Below are positions 1 through 8,212 of a stretch of 28,846 nucleotides of DNA, one piece after another. The position numbers and the translations under genes were made by a program. Origin of the DNA: Thermotogaceae bacterium (GTDB taxonomy: Bacteria; Thermotogota; Thermotogae; Thermotogales; Thermotogaceae). Location: NCBI GenBank assembly GCA_027038385.1, contig JALVXE010000176.1, positions 1 through 28,846 of the forward strand, read 5' to 3'. The notes beneath the pieces were generated by a model. The model was not told the DNA's origin, made no database searches, and saw only the letters and a program-made list of their open reading frames with translations. The stretch's first letter is position 1. Each line of letters opens with the position of its first letter.

Positions 1-1039
1 CCATCACGCCTATACCGACGAGCCCGAAGACGATCCCAATTATGAAGGTCTTTTTCACCTCTTTGCTGAAAGTCAGCGACATGTTCCTCACGGTTTCAAC
101 GGCGGATTTGCTGGTCTTCGCGAGCTTATCGAGTATCGAAACTGTGTCCAGCACTTCCGAGACGTTCATACTCATTCCCATGTATATCCCGTGCCCTGCT
201 GGGGCGTACGCCACGAATTTCCTCTGGCCTTCGAACGTGAAGAAAACGTGGCCAACTTTTCCAGAAAGCATGAACTTTCCGAGTTCTTTCAGCTCCTCGT
301 TTCCGAGCATCACGACGTGGTTTATCATCTCATCTGTAGGATGGGCTATTATCATAGTCTTGGAGTTCACGGCGAAAGCGCTTCCCGTCTTTCCAAACTT
401 TATGCTTTTAACAAAATCTATGAAGACTTTCTGAGGAACTTCTGCAGCCACTATTCCGTCCACGGAGTTGTTCATCCTGCTTTTGTAGGCTTTCATGAAG
501 AGCATCTGAGGGTCTTTCTGACCCTTGAATTTGAAGGGGACGACCAGATCTTCATCCTTTTTGCCATCTATGATCGGTTTTATCAGAGATGTGTCTATCT
601 CGTACTCTTTTCCATCCGCATCGTAAGCCTTGCCGTCTTTGTTTATGAGAAAAACATCCGTGTATCCCTTGACACCTCTGTAATTTTCCAGCGCGAATTT
701 GACATACGTCTTTTGAAACACCGAAAATGCGGCTTCTATGTTGTCATCCATCGCCATTTTTTCGACGAGGGAGAACTTGTCATTTATCCAAGTCCCTATG
801 TTTCTGGATTCTGACTCGGCCAATCTCTCTATGAGAGTGACGAACTTATCCAAAACTTCTTTTTTCGACTGTTTTATATCCGTATCCATGCCGTTTATTT
901 TCTGCTCGAGCTTTGGAATCTCAGATATCAGAGATTTAAACTTGCGGTTTGCCATCTGCATTGGAAGAAAGGCTACCAAGAAAACGACTATGACAACTAT
1001 CGGGAGAAACCACAGGATAATCTTTCCCCTTATGCTCAT
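1..1039 (-). CDS. Membrane sensor with periplasmic dCache_1 domain, probably a methyl-accepting chemotaxis protein (N-terminal ~346 aa; runs off the left edge). Not in the supplied ORF track.
   Basis: Manual translation. ATG at 1039 follows GAGGAGGTGG. MSIRGKIILWFLPIVVIVVFLVAFLP is TM1. GKTGSAFAVNSKTMIIAHP and VFFTFEGQRKFVAYAPAG are dCache_1-type motifs. TFIIGIVFGLVGIGVM is the start of TM2 at the window edge. The output domain is not visible, so a histidine kinase or cyclase cannot be excluded. Confidence 0.8.
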   Translation of the reverse strand, partial: MSIRGKIILWFLPIVVIVVFLVAFLPMQMANRKFKSLISEIPKLEQKINGMDTDIKQSKKEVLDKFVTLIERLAESESRNIGTWINDKFSLVEKMAMDDNIEAAFSVFQKTYVKFALENYRGVKGYTDVFLINKDGKAYDADGKEYEIDTSLIKPIIDGKKDEDLVVPFKFKGQKDPQMLFMKAYKSRMNNSVDGIVAAEVPQKVFIDFVKSIKFGKTGSAFAVNSKTMIIAHPTDEMINHVVMLGNEELKELGKFMLSGKVGHVFFTFEGQRKFVAYAPAGHGIYMGMSMNVSEVLDTVSILDKLAKTSKSAVETVRNMSLTFSKEVKKTFIIGIVFGLVGIGVM

Positions 1040-1114
1040 TCAACCACCTCCTCAAGAGAACGCCTGTGCTAATAATATAACACAAGATTACTTGAATAGG
1101 GATTCGCACGAGTG

Positions 1115-1150
1115 AAAAAGGAATGGAGAGGGCTCAGATCAAGAGCCCTC
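1115..1150 (-). terminator. Probable intrinsic terminator of the fab operon, overlapping the fabG stop
   Basis: Minus strand reads GAGGGCTC-TTGATCT-GAGCCCTC (8-bp stem, 1150-1128), then TCCATTCC and TTTTT (1119-1115). The U-tract is not directly adjacent to the stem. Confidence 0.5.
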
Positions 1151-1862
1151 CACTGACTTCTACCACCGTTGAGGTTATGAAAGAGGCGAGATCGGAAGAG
1201 AGGAACAGAACGACGTTTGCAACCTCTTCGGGCTTTCCAAACCTTCCAAGAGGTGTCATGTCCAAAGCAGCCTTTTTGATCTTCTCAGGGAGGTTCTCCG
1301 TCATGGGAGTTTCTATGAATCCGGGAGCTACGGCAACTACCCTGATCCCCCTCTTTCCGAGTTCTTTGGCTATCGATTTCGTGAATCCTATGAGCCCGGC
1401 TTTCGAAGCTGCGTAATTCGCCTGTGCGGCGTTCCCGTATATCCCAACTATCGATGAGATGTTTATGATCACGCCAGATCTCTGGCGCATCATATGGGTT
1501 GCAGCGTGCCTTGAATAGTTGAACGCTCCCTTTAGGTTCGTGTCTATCACCTTGTCCCACTTCTCCTCGTCCATCCTTACAAGGAGCGTGTCCTCGGTTG
1601 TTCCGGCGTTGTTCACCAGTATATCTATCCTTCCCTTCTCTTTCACGAGTCTTTCAACGATCTCCTTCGCCCTGTCGTGATCCGATACGTCGGCCACTTC
1701 GTAATCAAAGTTCTCCCCGAGCTCTTCTTTGATTGCCTTGAGCTTTTCCTCGCTTCTTGCAACACCGAGAACGTACGCACCGCCTTTCACGAATTTTCCA
1801 GCTATGGCCTTTCCTATCCCACTCGACGCACCGGTGATGATGGCTACTTTACCTTCAACCAA
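1134..1862 (-). CDS. fabG: 3-oxoacyl-ACP reductase
   Basis: SDR motifs TGASSGIG, NNAG and YAASK; last gene of the fab operon; TTG start. Confidence 0.93.
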   Translation of the reverse strand: MVEGKVAIITGASSGIGKAIAGKFVKGGAYVLGVARSEEKLKAIKEELGENFDYEVADVSDHDRAKEIVERLVKEKGRIDILVNNAGTTEDTLLVRMDEEKWDKVIDTNLKGAFNYSRHAATHMMRQRSGVIINISSIVGIYGNAAQANYAASKAGLIGFTKSIAKELGKRGIRVVAVAPGFIETPMTENLPEKIKKAALDMTPLGRFGKPEEVANVVLFLSSDLASFITSTVVEVSGGLLI

Positions 1863-2739
1863 CTTCGATCACCTCTCTGAAGTGCATCACCTTTATCCCG
1901 TTCTTCCTTCCAAGTCCTTTCAAAACGGTCTTTGGACCGACTTCAAAGTATTCTTCTACCCCGAGCTCTTTCATCCTCTCTATCGACTGGAGCCACTTCA
2001 CAGGGCTGACTATCTGCTCTACGAGATATCTCTTCATATCCTCCGGATCGTTCGATTCCCTGGCAGTCACGTTGAGAACTATTGGAAACTTCGGCTTGTG
2101 AAACTTTATCTGGGATAGGAGCTCTTCCATCTCTTCAGCGGCTTTCTCTATAAGTGGTGTGTGGAAAGGACCGGAGACTTTCAGCTCCACGACCTTTCTG
2201 GCTCCTCTCTCTTTGAGAATCTCCATCGCCTTGTGGACGGATTCCTTAAGCCCACTTATCACTATCTGAGTCGGATCGTTGTAATTCGCCGGCCAGACGT
2301 TCTCTATGTCGGCTATCGCGTTTTCCACCTCGTGAAAAGGTAATCCTATAATCGCCGCCATCGTTCCCTTTCCGGGTTCGAGGGCGCTGGATATGAACTC
2401 CCCTCTCTTTCTAACTATGTAGATTCCGGTGTCGAAATCATAAACGCCGGCTGCAGCGAAAGCGGAGTATTCCCCGAGTGAATGCCCGGCGGCTATGTCG
2501 GGCTCGATTCCTTTCTTCATCATCTCTCGATAGGCTATGTAGCTAGTGAGGAATATCGCTGGCTGAGCATTTTCGGTTATCTTCAGGGTGTCTTCATCCC
2601 CATTCATGATGGACACTATATCGAAGCCCAGGACATCTTCCGCTCTCTTGTAAAGCTCCTTAGATTCTTCGTATACGGCGAAATCATCTCCCATCCCACT
2701 GTATTGGGATCCCTGACCTGGGAAGAGGAACGCCCTCAT
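1855..2739 (-). CDS. fabD: Malonyl-CoA:ACP transacylase
   Basis: FPGQGSQ, GHSLGEY catalytic Ser motif, SGPFH, VSPVKW. Confidence 0.96.
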   Translation of the reverse strand: MRAFLFPGQGSQYSGMGDDFAVYEESKELYKRAEDVLGFDIVSIMNGDEDTLKITENAQPAIFLTSYIAYREMMKKGIEPDIAAGHSLGEYSAFAAAGVYDFDTGIYIVRKRGEFISSALEPGKGTMAAIIGLPFHEVENAIADIENVWPANYNDPTQIVISGLKESVHKAMEILKERGARKVVELKVSGPFHTPLIEKAAEEMEELLSQIKFHKPKFPIVLNVTARESNDPEDMKRYLVEQIVSPVKWLQSIERMKELGVEEYFEVGPKTVLKGLGRKNGIKVMHFREVIEVG

Positions 2740-3683
2740 TCAAACCACCTCCCAGAGTTCTCGCAGAGCCTCTCAACCGCTCCCTTGAACTCTGAAATGA
2801 TGTCTTTTACGACTTCTTTGACCGGTTTTATATCGCTTATGAGTCCGGCGCTTTGTCCGGCCATGAACGATCCGCTCGACGTATCTCCATCTTTCACGGC
2901 TCTCCTCAAGCTTCCAAGAAGGGCTTTCTCAGCTTCTTCAAAGCTTTTCGTCTCAAGTTCGACGATCTTCTTCGCGAACGGTGTCTTCAAAACCCTTGCG
3001 GGATGCCCGAGCTTCGCTCCGGTCACCATCGTATCCCTTATGCTCGCTCTCGTTATCTTCCTCTTGAACTCTGGATGAACCTCGGCTTCTTCCGTCGCCA
3101 CGAACCTCGTCCCCATCTGAACTCCTTCTGCCCCAAGTGCAAAAGCCGCGGCCATTCCCGTTCCATCAGCTATCCCGCCAGCTGCGATCACGGGGATCTT
3201 GACGCTCTTGACAACTTTGTTGACCAGAACGATCGTGGTAACCTCTCCTATGTGACCCCCGCTCTCCATCCCTTCAGCTATAACAGCATCTGCTCCGGCT
3301 CTTTCAACGAGCTTTGCCAGAGACTCAGATGCCACTACGGGTATCACCTTTATTCCGCGCTCCTTGAGTTCTGGCATGTACTTCGCCGGGTTACCCGCTC
3401 CGAAGGTTATCCCGCTGACCCTTTCCTCTATTGCCACCCTGACGAGCCCTTCAGCGAAAGGAGATAGAAGGAGTATGTTTACACCTATGGGCTTGTCCGT
3501 CAGCTTTCTCGCCCTTTTGATCTCTTCTCTCAACCCATCTGGATCCAAGTGTCCAGATCCTATTACTCCAAAAGCCCCGGCTTCTGAGACAGCCGCTGCC
3601 AGCTTCGCCGTCCCGGCCCATGCCATTCCCCCCATGATTATCGGGTACTCGATTTCGAGAAGCTCTGTTATCCTAGTTCTCAA
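2736..3683 (-). CDS. fabK: Enoyl-ACP reductase II (FMN-dependent)
   Basis: YPIIMGGMAW, EGMESGGHIG, AAGGIADG, GVQMGTRF, MAGQSAG; fab operon context. Confidence 0.92.
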   Translation of the reverse strand: MRTRITELLEIEYPIIMGGMAWAGTAKLAAAVSEAGAFGVIGSGHLDPDGLREEIKRARKLTDKPIGVNILLLSPFAEGLVRVAIEERVSGITFGAGNPAKYMPELKERGIKVIPVVASESLAKLVERAGADAVIAEGMESGGHIGEVTTIVLVNKVVKSVKIPVIAAGGIADGTGMAAAFALGAEGVQMGTRFVATEEAEVHPEFKRKITRASIRDTMVTGAKLGHPARVLKTPFAKKIVELETKSFEEAEKALLGSLRRAVKDGDTSSGSFMAGQSAGLISDIKPVKEVVKDIISEFKGAVERLCENSGRWFE

Positions 3684-4090
3684 GTTTTCACCCCCAAGAG
3701 GAGTTTCGCCTTTGCAACAACTTTTCCGTCCACCTTCGCTTTCCCGTTGACCGTGACCACCGTCATCTTTTTGTTCAAGACCTTTACCTCGTAAACGAGC
3801 TTGTCTCCAGGTCTGACTTCTTTTTTGAACCTAGCCTCGTCTATTCCGAGGAAAAGGGGGATCCCTTTGATCCCCCTCAAGAGAAGTATTCCGGCCGTCT
3901 GTGCCAAGCCTTCGACTATCAAAACCCCTGGATAAATTGGATACTCCGGAAAATGCCCTTGAAAAACCGGATCAGATATGGAGATGTTCTTGAACGCCCT
4001 TATGTAACCCTCTTCAATCTCTTCTACTCCATCGACGAGAAGGAACGGGTATCTGTGTGGGAGGATCTTCTCGATCTCGTCTATGTTCAT
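3680..4090 (-). CDS. fabZ: 3-hydroxyacyl-ACP dehydratase. Start reassigned to ATG 4090 (the ORF track starts at 4168).
   Basis: MNIDEIEKILPHRYPFLLVD, FQGHFPEYPIYPGVLIVEGLAQ; ATGA overlap with the fabF stop. Confidence 0.95.
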   Translation of the reverse strand: MNIDEIEKILPHRYPFLLVDGVEEIEEGYIRAFKNISISDPVFQGHFPEYPIYPGVLIVEGLAQTAGILLLRGIKGIPLFLGIDEARFKKEVRPGDKLVYEVKVLNKKMTVVTVNGKAKVDGKVVAKAKLLLGVKT

Positions 4091-5325
4091 TCGTACCACC
4101 CCACGACGACCGACGCGTTGTGTCCACCAAATCCGAAGGAGTTCTTCAAGAAGTTCCTTATCTTCCAATCTTGAGCTTCTTTTTCCGCCACTCCGAGCCC
4201 TTCCGTCTCCGGATCAGGGTCGTCCAGGTTCGGCATGCCGTGGACGAACCCTCCCTTCATCTGGAGTATCGCGGCTATCAGTTCTGCAGAACCAGCAGCT
4301 CCGAGAAGGTGACCCATGAAGGTTTTCGTGGAATTCACCCTTATGTCTTTCGACCTGTCTTTGAATACCATCTTTATAGCCCTAGCCTCAACTTCATCTC
4401 CCGCTGGAGTTGACGTCGCGTGTGCCGAAACGTAGTCTATTTCATCGCTCGACAGGCCAGAATCCTCGATGGCGAGATTCATGACTCCAGCCATCGTGCT
4501 TCCATCTGGTCTCGGTGCGCTTATGTGGTATGCATCGTCGTTCATTCCAATACCCTTCACCTCGGCTATTATCTCGGCTTTCCTCTCTCTCGCCACCTCT
4601 TCTGCCTCGAGTATGAGTATCCCGGCACCTTCTCCCATGACGAATCCGTCTCTTTCCTTATCAAAGGGTTTTGATGCTTTCTTGGGTTCGTCGTTTCTTG
4701 TAGACAGAGCTCTCATAGCCGCAAATCCAGCTATCCCCATCTTCTCGATCGAAGCTTCTGCGCCTCCGACTATCGCCACGTCGGCGTACCCGTGCCTTAT
4801 CAGCAGGGTTCCCATTATGACCGAGTGTAGGGACGTAGCGCATGCACTCACAGGTGAGAAGTTCGGTCCCCTGAGATCGTACTGAAGGGATATCGTACCG
4901 GCCACGAGATTTATCAGGACCTTTGGTATCATGAACGGACTTACCTTCCCAGGTCCTTTGGAATCCAGGATCTCCTTTTCCCTCATCAGAGTTATCAGCC
5001 CGCCTATTCCGGAGCTCACCAGGACGGCTGTTCTGTCTTTGTACTTCTCAAGGTCCACACCACTAGACTCCACCGCCATCTTAGTGGCTGCAAGTGCGAA
5101 CTGTACGAACCTGTCCTGCCTCCTCGCCAGTTTCTTGTCCATGTAATCCGCGGGATTGAAATCTCTGACCTCAGCGGCTATCTGAGCTGTGAGATCTGAC
5201 GGATCAAAGAAACTGATCCTGTCAACGGCTATTTTTCCCTCTCTCAAGGAGTTTTCAAATTCCCTCAGATCCTTTCCTATCGGGGAGACTATTCCCATGC
5301 CCGTTATGACCACTCTCCGCCTCAA
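4087..5325 (-). CDS. fabF: 3-oxoacyl-ACP synthase II
   Basis: RRVVITGMG, SACATS (catalytic Cys), SAHATST and GHLLGAAG (two His), NSFGFGGHNA; TTG start after GGAGGTG. Confidence 0.96.
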   Translation of the reverse strand: MRRRVVITGMGIVSPIGKDLREFENSLREGKIAVDRISFFDPSDLTAQIAAEVRDFNPADYMDKKLARRQDRFVQFALAATKMAVESSGVDLEKYKDRTAVLVSSGIGGLITLMREKEILDSKGPGKVSPFMIPKVLINLVAGTISLQYDLRGPNFSPVSACATSLHSVIMGTLLIRHGYADVAIVGGAEASIEKMGIAGFAAMRALSTRNDEPKKASKPFDKERDGFVMGEGAGILILEAEEVARERKAEIIAEVKGIGMNDDAYHISAPRPDGSTMAGVMNLAIEDSGLSSDEIDYVSAHATSTPAGDEVEARAIKMVFKDRSKDIRVNSTKTFMGHLLGAAGSAELIAAILQMKGGFVHGMPNLDDPDPETEGLGVAEKEAQDWKIRNFLKNSFGFGGHNASVVVGWYE

Positions 5326-5329
5326 ACTC

Positions 5330-5348
5330 TCACCTCCTTGGGAGGTGA
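5330..5348 (-). promoter_or_regulatory. Perfect 8-bp inverted repeat pairing the fabF Shine-Dalgarno with an upstream anti-SD
   Basis: Minus strand reads TCACCTCC-CAA-GGAGGTGA, then GAGT and the TTG start. Confidence 0.6.
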
Positions 5349-5377
5349 TTATAATAACAGAGTATTGCGTTAGTCAA
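5348..5377 (-). promoter_or_regulatory. Sigma70/sigmaA-type promoter of the fab operon
   Basis: Minus strand TTGACT (5377-5372), 18-nt spacer, TATAAT (5353-5348), about 22 nt upstream of the fabF start. Confidence 0.75.
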
Positions 5378-5391
5378 ACTAATTAGTTTGA
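5374..5391. promoter_or_regulatory. Perfect 18-bp palindrome, candidate repressor operator overlapping the fab -35
   Basis: TCAAACTAATTAGTTTGA is self-complementary; a partial copy TAATTAGTTT lies at 5403-5412. Confidence 0.6.
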
Positions 5392-5414
5392 TATATCTAA
5401 TATAATTAGTTTAT

Positions 5415-5987
5415 CTACAGGATAGATCCGTTCCATTTCATCAGAAATTCCCCTATCCGTTCGTATCCAATTATCTGGGCCATTTTGAGGAACACATGCG
5501 CTGTTACCACTGCGTCATCCAGCGCCCTGTGGTTGATCTTTTCAGCCACTGAGAAGTGCTTTGCAAGCCATTCAAGGCTTTTTGGCTTTCCGAACAAAAC
5601 CCGGGACATCTCGTAAGTATCTAGGTAAGTTGGATCGATGGGGAAATCACCGATCTCCTTGGCTGCGTAGTCCAGAAACATGAGGTCGAATTTCCCGTTG
5701 TGGAAGATCGGGATCATACTGGATAGGTAGGTCTTAACGGTGGGATAGACGTAATCCATGGAGGGGGCCCTCAGGACTTCTGTATTCCCTATACCGTGAA
5801 CTTTCTCGACAAGGGCAGGTATCCTAACCATCGGATTCACGAGAGTCACGTAAGCTCTTTCCAATATCACTTTTCCGTTGTACACCGGTACCATGGCTAT
5901 CTCCACTATCCTATCTCCACGATCAGGGTTGACACCAGTAGTCTCGGTGTCTACAGCACAGAACACCGTTTCCTCCCATTTCAGCAA
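5415..5987 (-). CDS. Stand-alone DEDDh 3'-5' exonuclease (DnaQ / Pol III epsilon-like)
   Basis: ExoI AVDTETTG, ExoII FHNGKFDLMFL, ExoIII HRALDDA; TTG start after AGGTGA. Confidence 0.9.
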   Translation of the reverse strand: MLKWEETVFCAVDTETTGVNPDRGDRIVEIAMVPVYNGKVILERAYVTLVNPMVRIPALVEKVHGIGNTEVLRAPSMDYVYPTVKTYLSSMIPIFHNGKFDLMFLDYAAKEIGDFPIDPTYLDTYEMSRVLFGKPKSLEWLAKHFSVAEKINHRALDDAVVTAHVFLKMAQIIGYERIGEFLMKWNGSIL

Positions 5988-5993
5988 CTCGAA

Positions 5994-6641
5994 TCACCTG
6001 AGCTTCCTCAAGATCTCGTATTCTGCGGCGGATACGAGGTCTTCTCCGACCACCATCCAATCTTCCATAGTGGCGATTCCACAAACGTAGGATGGCTTCT
6101 TCAAAACTTTTTCCTTCAGGTACTTTCTTATGAACCTTCTCTCCAACCTCTTCACAAAAACCCCGGCACCGTTTCTATCGGTACCGGGGAGTATTATCAC
6201 TATCTCGCCTTCTCCTAAGTTGAACACCTTGTCAGATTTCCTGCTCGCTATGTTCAGAGACGATACGAGCATCCTTATCGCGTCCATATCTTGGTCTACG
6301 ACTTTGAATACAACCAAGCTCAGGGGCATCGTGTTTCTCTTGGCCTTCATGAACTCTTCTTCTAAGACCCCGTTAAAACCGCCGGACTGAATGTACGTTT
6401 CGTATAGTCTGACTTTCAGTCTGAGAGTTTTTTCATCGATCTTAGAGTCTATAACATCTATGACGTTTTCCGGAACTTCATCATCCAGTCTTCCCACGAT
6501 GACTGTGAGTTTGTATGTGTGTGGCTTTCTGGAGAACACTATCACAGCTTCCTCTTCGGAGGAAACGGGTATCGAAAGGTTGTTAAGCATTCTTTCAAAT
6601 TTCTTTTTGGTTCTCTGAGGCAGATCAACGTGTACTATCAT
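5994..6641 (-). CDS. Degenerate GGDEF-domain protein with intact RxxD I-site (putative c-di-GMP receptor); N-terminus possibly a degenerate receiver-like domain
   Basis: [20 protein letters not shown] ... [33 protein letters not shown] ... CGIAT follows the GGDEF fold pattern; GGDEF is replaced by GEGEI. Confidence 0.75.
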   Translation of the reverse strand: MIVHVDLPQRTKKKFERMLNNLSIPVSSEEEAVIVFSRKPHTYKLTVIVGRLDDEVPENVIDVIDSKIDEKTLRLKVRLYETYIQSGGFNGVLEEEFMKAKRNTMPLSLVVFKVVDQDMDAIRMLVSSLNIASRKSDKVFNLGEGEIVIILPGTDRNGAGVFVKRLERRFIRKYLKEKVLKKPSYVCGIATMEDWMVVGEDLVSAAEYEILRKLR

Positions 6642-7213
6642 TTTTCAACCATCCTTAAGAAGTATTCGTGTATCCTCGTGTCTTTTGTGAGCTCCGGGTG
6701 GAACGAGCTCGCGAGGATGTTCTCCTCTCTCACGAGAATCGGATCACCGCCGTACTCCGCTAGAACCTCAACGTTTTCACCATGTTTCACGATCCTCGGA
6801 GCCCTGATGAAAACAGCCTTGAATGGCTTCTCACCTATAGCCTGTATCTCTATATCGACCTCGAAGCTCTCGACTTGCCTTCCATATGCGTTCCTCTCAA
6901 CCTCGGTGTCCAAGACTCCGAGGAGTGGTTGATCATGGTCAACCACTCTTTTGGACAAGAGTATCATTCCAGCACACGTTCCATAAACTGGGAGCCCGTT
7001 TTTTATCTTTTCGACGAGTGGCTCCTTGAGACCAACGTTCTCCATTACCCTTCCCATGGTGGTTGACTCTCCGCCTGGAATTATCAAACCGTCCACCAGA
7101 TCCAGATCTTCTGGGAGCTTCACGACGAGGGTTTCCACACCCAGGAATGAGAGCATTTCCACGTGTTCTCTGAAGTCTCCTTGGAGTCCCAGAACACCTA
7201 TTCTCAACATCAC
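6638..7213 (-). CDS. pdxT: PLP synthase glutaminase subunit (start may be ATG 7210)
   Basis: [25 protein letters not shown] (Cys), [23 protein letters not shown]. Confidence 0.97.
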   Translation of the reverse strand: MMLRIGVLGLQGDFREHVEMLSFLGVETLVVKLPEDLDLVDGLIIPGGESTTMGRVMENVGLKEPLVEKIKNGLPVYGTCAGMILLSKRVVDHDQPLLGVLDTEVERNAYGRQVESFEVDIEIQAIGEKPFKAVFIRAPRIVKHGENVEVLAEYGGDPILVREENILASSFHPELTKDTRIHEYFLRMVEK

Positions 7214-8091
7214 CAGCCCCTTTCCTGCATTCTTATCTCTAGCTCGTTCACGTCCAGTCCAGGCATCGGTTCACCTATGTCCTCGCTGACTTTGAGGAGT
7301 ATCTTCGGATTGTCCCAGTAGGTGACGGCCATAACTATGGCTCTGGCCATCTTCCTTGGATCCTTGCTCTTGAATATCCCAGACCCGACGAACACACCAT
7401 CTGCTCCGAGCATCATCATGAGTGCGGCATCTGCCGGCGTTGCGACTCCTCCTGCCGCGAAGTTCACGACAGGGAGTCTTCCGAGCCTCTTGACTTCCCT
7501 CAAAAGCTCAACGGGTGCCCCAAGCTCTTTGGCTTCCTTCACGAGCTCTTCTTCCGGCATGTTGACCACTTTTCTTATCTCGTCCTGAACCCTTCTCATG
7601 TGTTTTACCGCTTCGACTATGTTGCCGGTTCCGGCTTCTCCTTTCGTTCTTATCATAGCCGCTCCTTCAGCTATCCTCCTCAGGGCTTCTCCCAGATCCC
7701 TCGCTCCGCACACGAAAGGTACCTTGTACTCGTGTTTGTTTATGTGGAACTTGTCGTCAGCTGGTGTTAAAACCTCCGACTCATCTATAAAGTCCACACC
7801 GAGCTCTTCCAATATCCTCGCCTCGGCCATGTGCCCGATCCTGACTTTTGCCATCACCGGTATTGAAACTGCCTCCATGATCTCCTTTATCTTCTTTATG
7901 GAAGCCATCCTCGCCACTCCACCGGCTTTTCTTATGTCGGCTGGAACCCTCTCAAGAGCCATAACCGCAACAGCGCCAGCCTCTTCTGCTATCTTTGCTT
8001 GCTCCGCATTGGTGACGTCCATTATGACCCCGCCTTTGAACATCTCCGCGAATCCCTTCTTGACCATCCAGGTTCCTTTGTAAACTTCCAT
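7210..8091 (-). CDS. pdxS: PLP synthase synthase subunit (start reassigned to ATG 8091)
   Basis: [49 protein letters not shown]; SD AGGGAGG before 8091. Confidence 0.97.
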   Translation of the reverse strand: MEVYKGTWMVKKGFAEMFKGGVIMDVTNAEQAKIAEEAGAVAVMALERVPADIRKAGGVARMASIKKIKEIMEAVSIPVMAKVRIGHMAEARILEELGVDFIDESEVLTPADDKFHINKHEYKVPFVCGARDLGEALRRIAEGAAMIRTKGEAGTGNIVEAVKHMRRVQDEIRKVVNMPEEELVKEAKELGAPVELLREVKRLGRLPVVNFAAGGVATPADAALMMMLGADGVFVGSGIFKSKDPRKMARAIVMAVTYWDNPKILLKVSEDIGEPMPGLDVNELEIRMQERGW

Positions 8092-8153
8092 TTCAATCCC
8101 TCCCTTTAAGTCCATATCCGTGCGAGTTAAATTTTACTCCAATCGCTCGGAAA

Positions 8154-8162
8154 ATTATAGCA
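8154..8162 (-). promoter_or_regulatory. Extended -10 promoter of the pdxS operon
   Basis: Minus strand TG-C-TATAAT, about 60 nt upstream of pdxS; no good -35. Confidence 0.6.
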
Positions 8163-8212
8163 CCAACCGCAGTTGATTTGTGGTGTACAATACTCGAGGG
8201 AGGTGCTTGTGC

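Noticed and set aside
42-1115. Plus-strand ORFs of 130, 207 and 125 aa
   Set aside because: Antisense shadows of the minus-strand dCache receptor, which the ORF track missed because it has no stop in the window; no SD and no family motifs.
2482-3467. Long plus-strand ORFs (198 and 204 aa) opposite fabD/fabK, and similar antisense ORFs throughout the window
   Set aside because: Fully antisense to conserved genes, with Ser/Phe/Leu-rich composition typical of reverse-frame shadows and no RBS.
4091-4168. N-terminal extension of FabZ in the ORF track
   Set aside because: Lies inside fabF; homology begins at MNIDEI (4090), which forms an ATGA overlap.
5341-5386. Plus-strand GGAGGTG followed by a 13-codon open frame (possible leader peptide)
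   Set aside because: The only start (GTG) is inside the SD itself, and the frame is antisense to the fab promoter; better explained as the anti-SD arm.
8092-8150. Roughly 55-nt pdxS leader as a possible vitamin B6 riboswitch
   Set aside because: Only weak, AU-rich pairing; no terminator or anti-SD; no recognisable aptamer.
8161-8185. CACCA...TGGTG inverted repeat in the pdxS/ostA divergent region
   Set aside because: Only 5-bp arms, within chance expectation; no PdxR/MocR regulator nearby.
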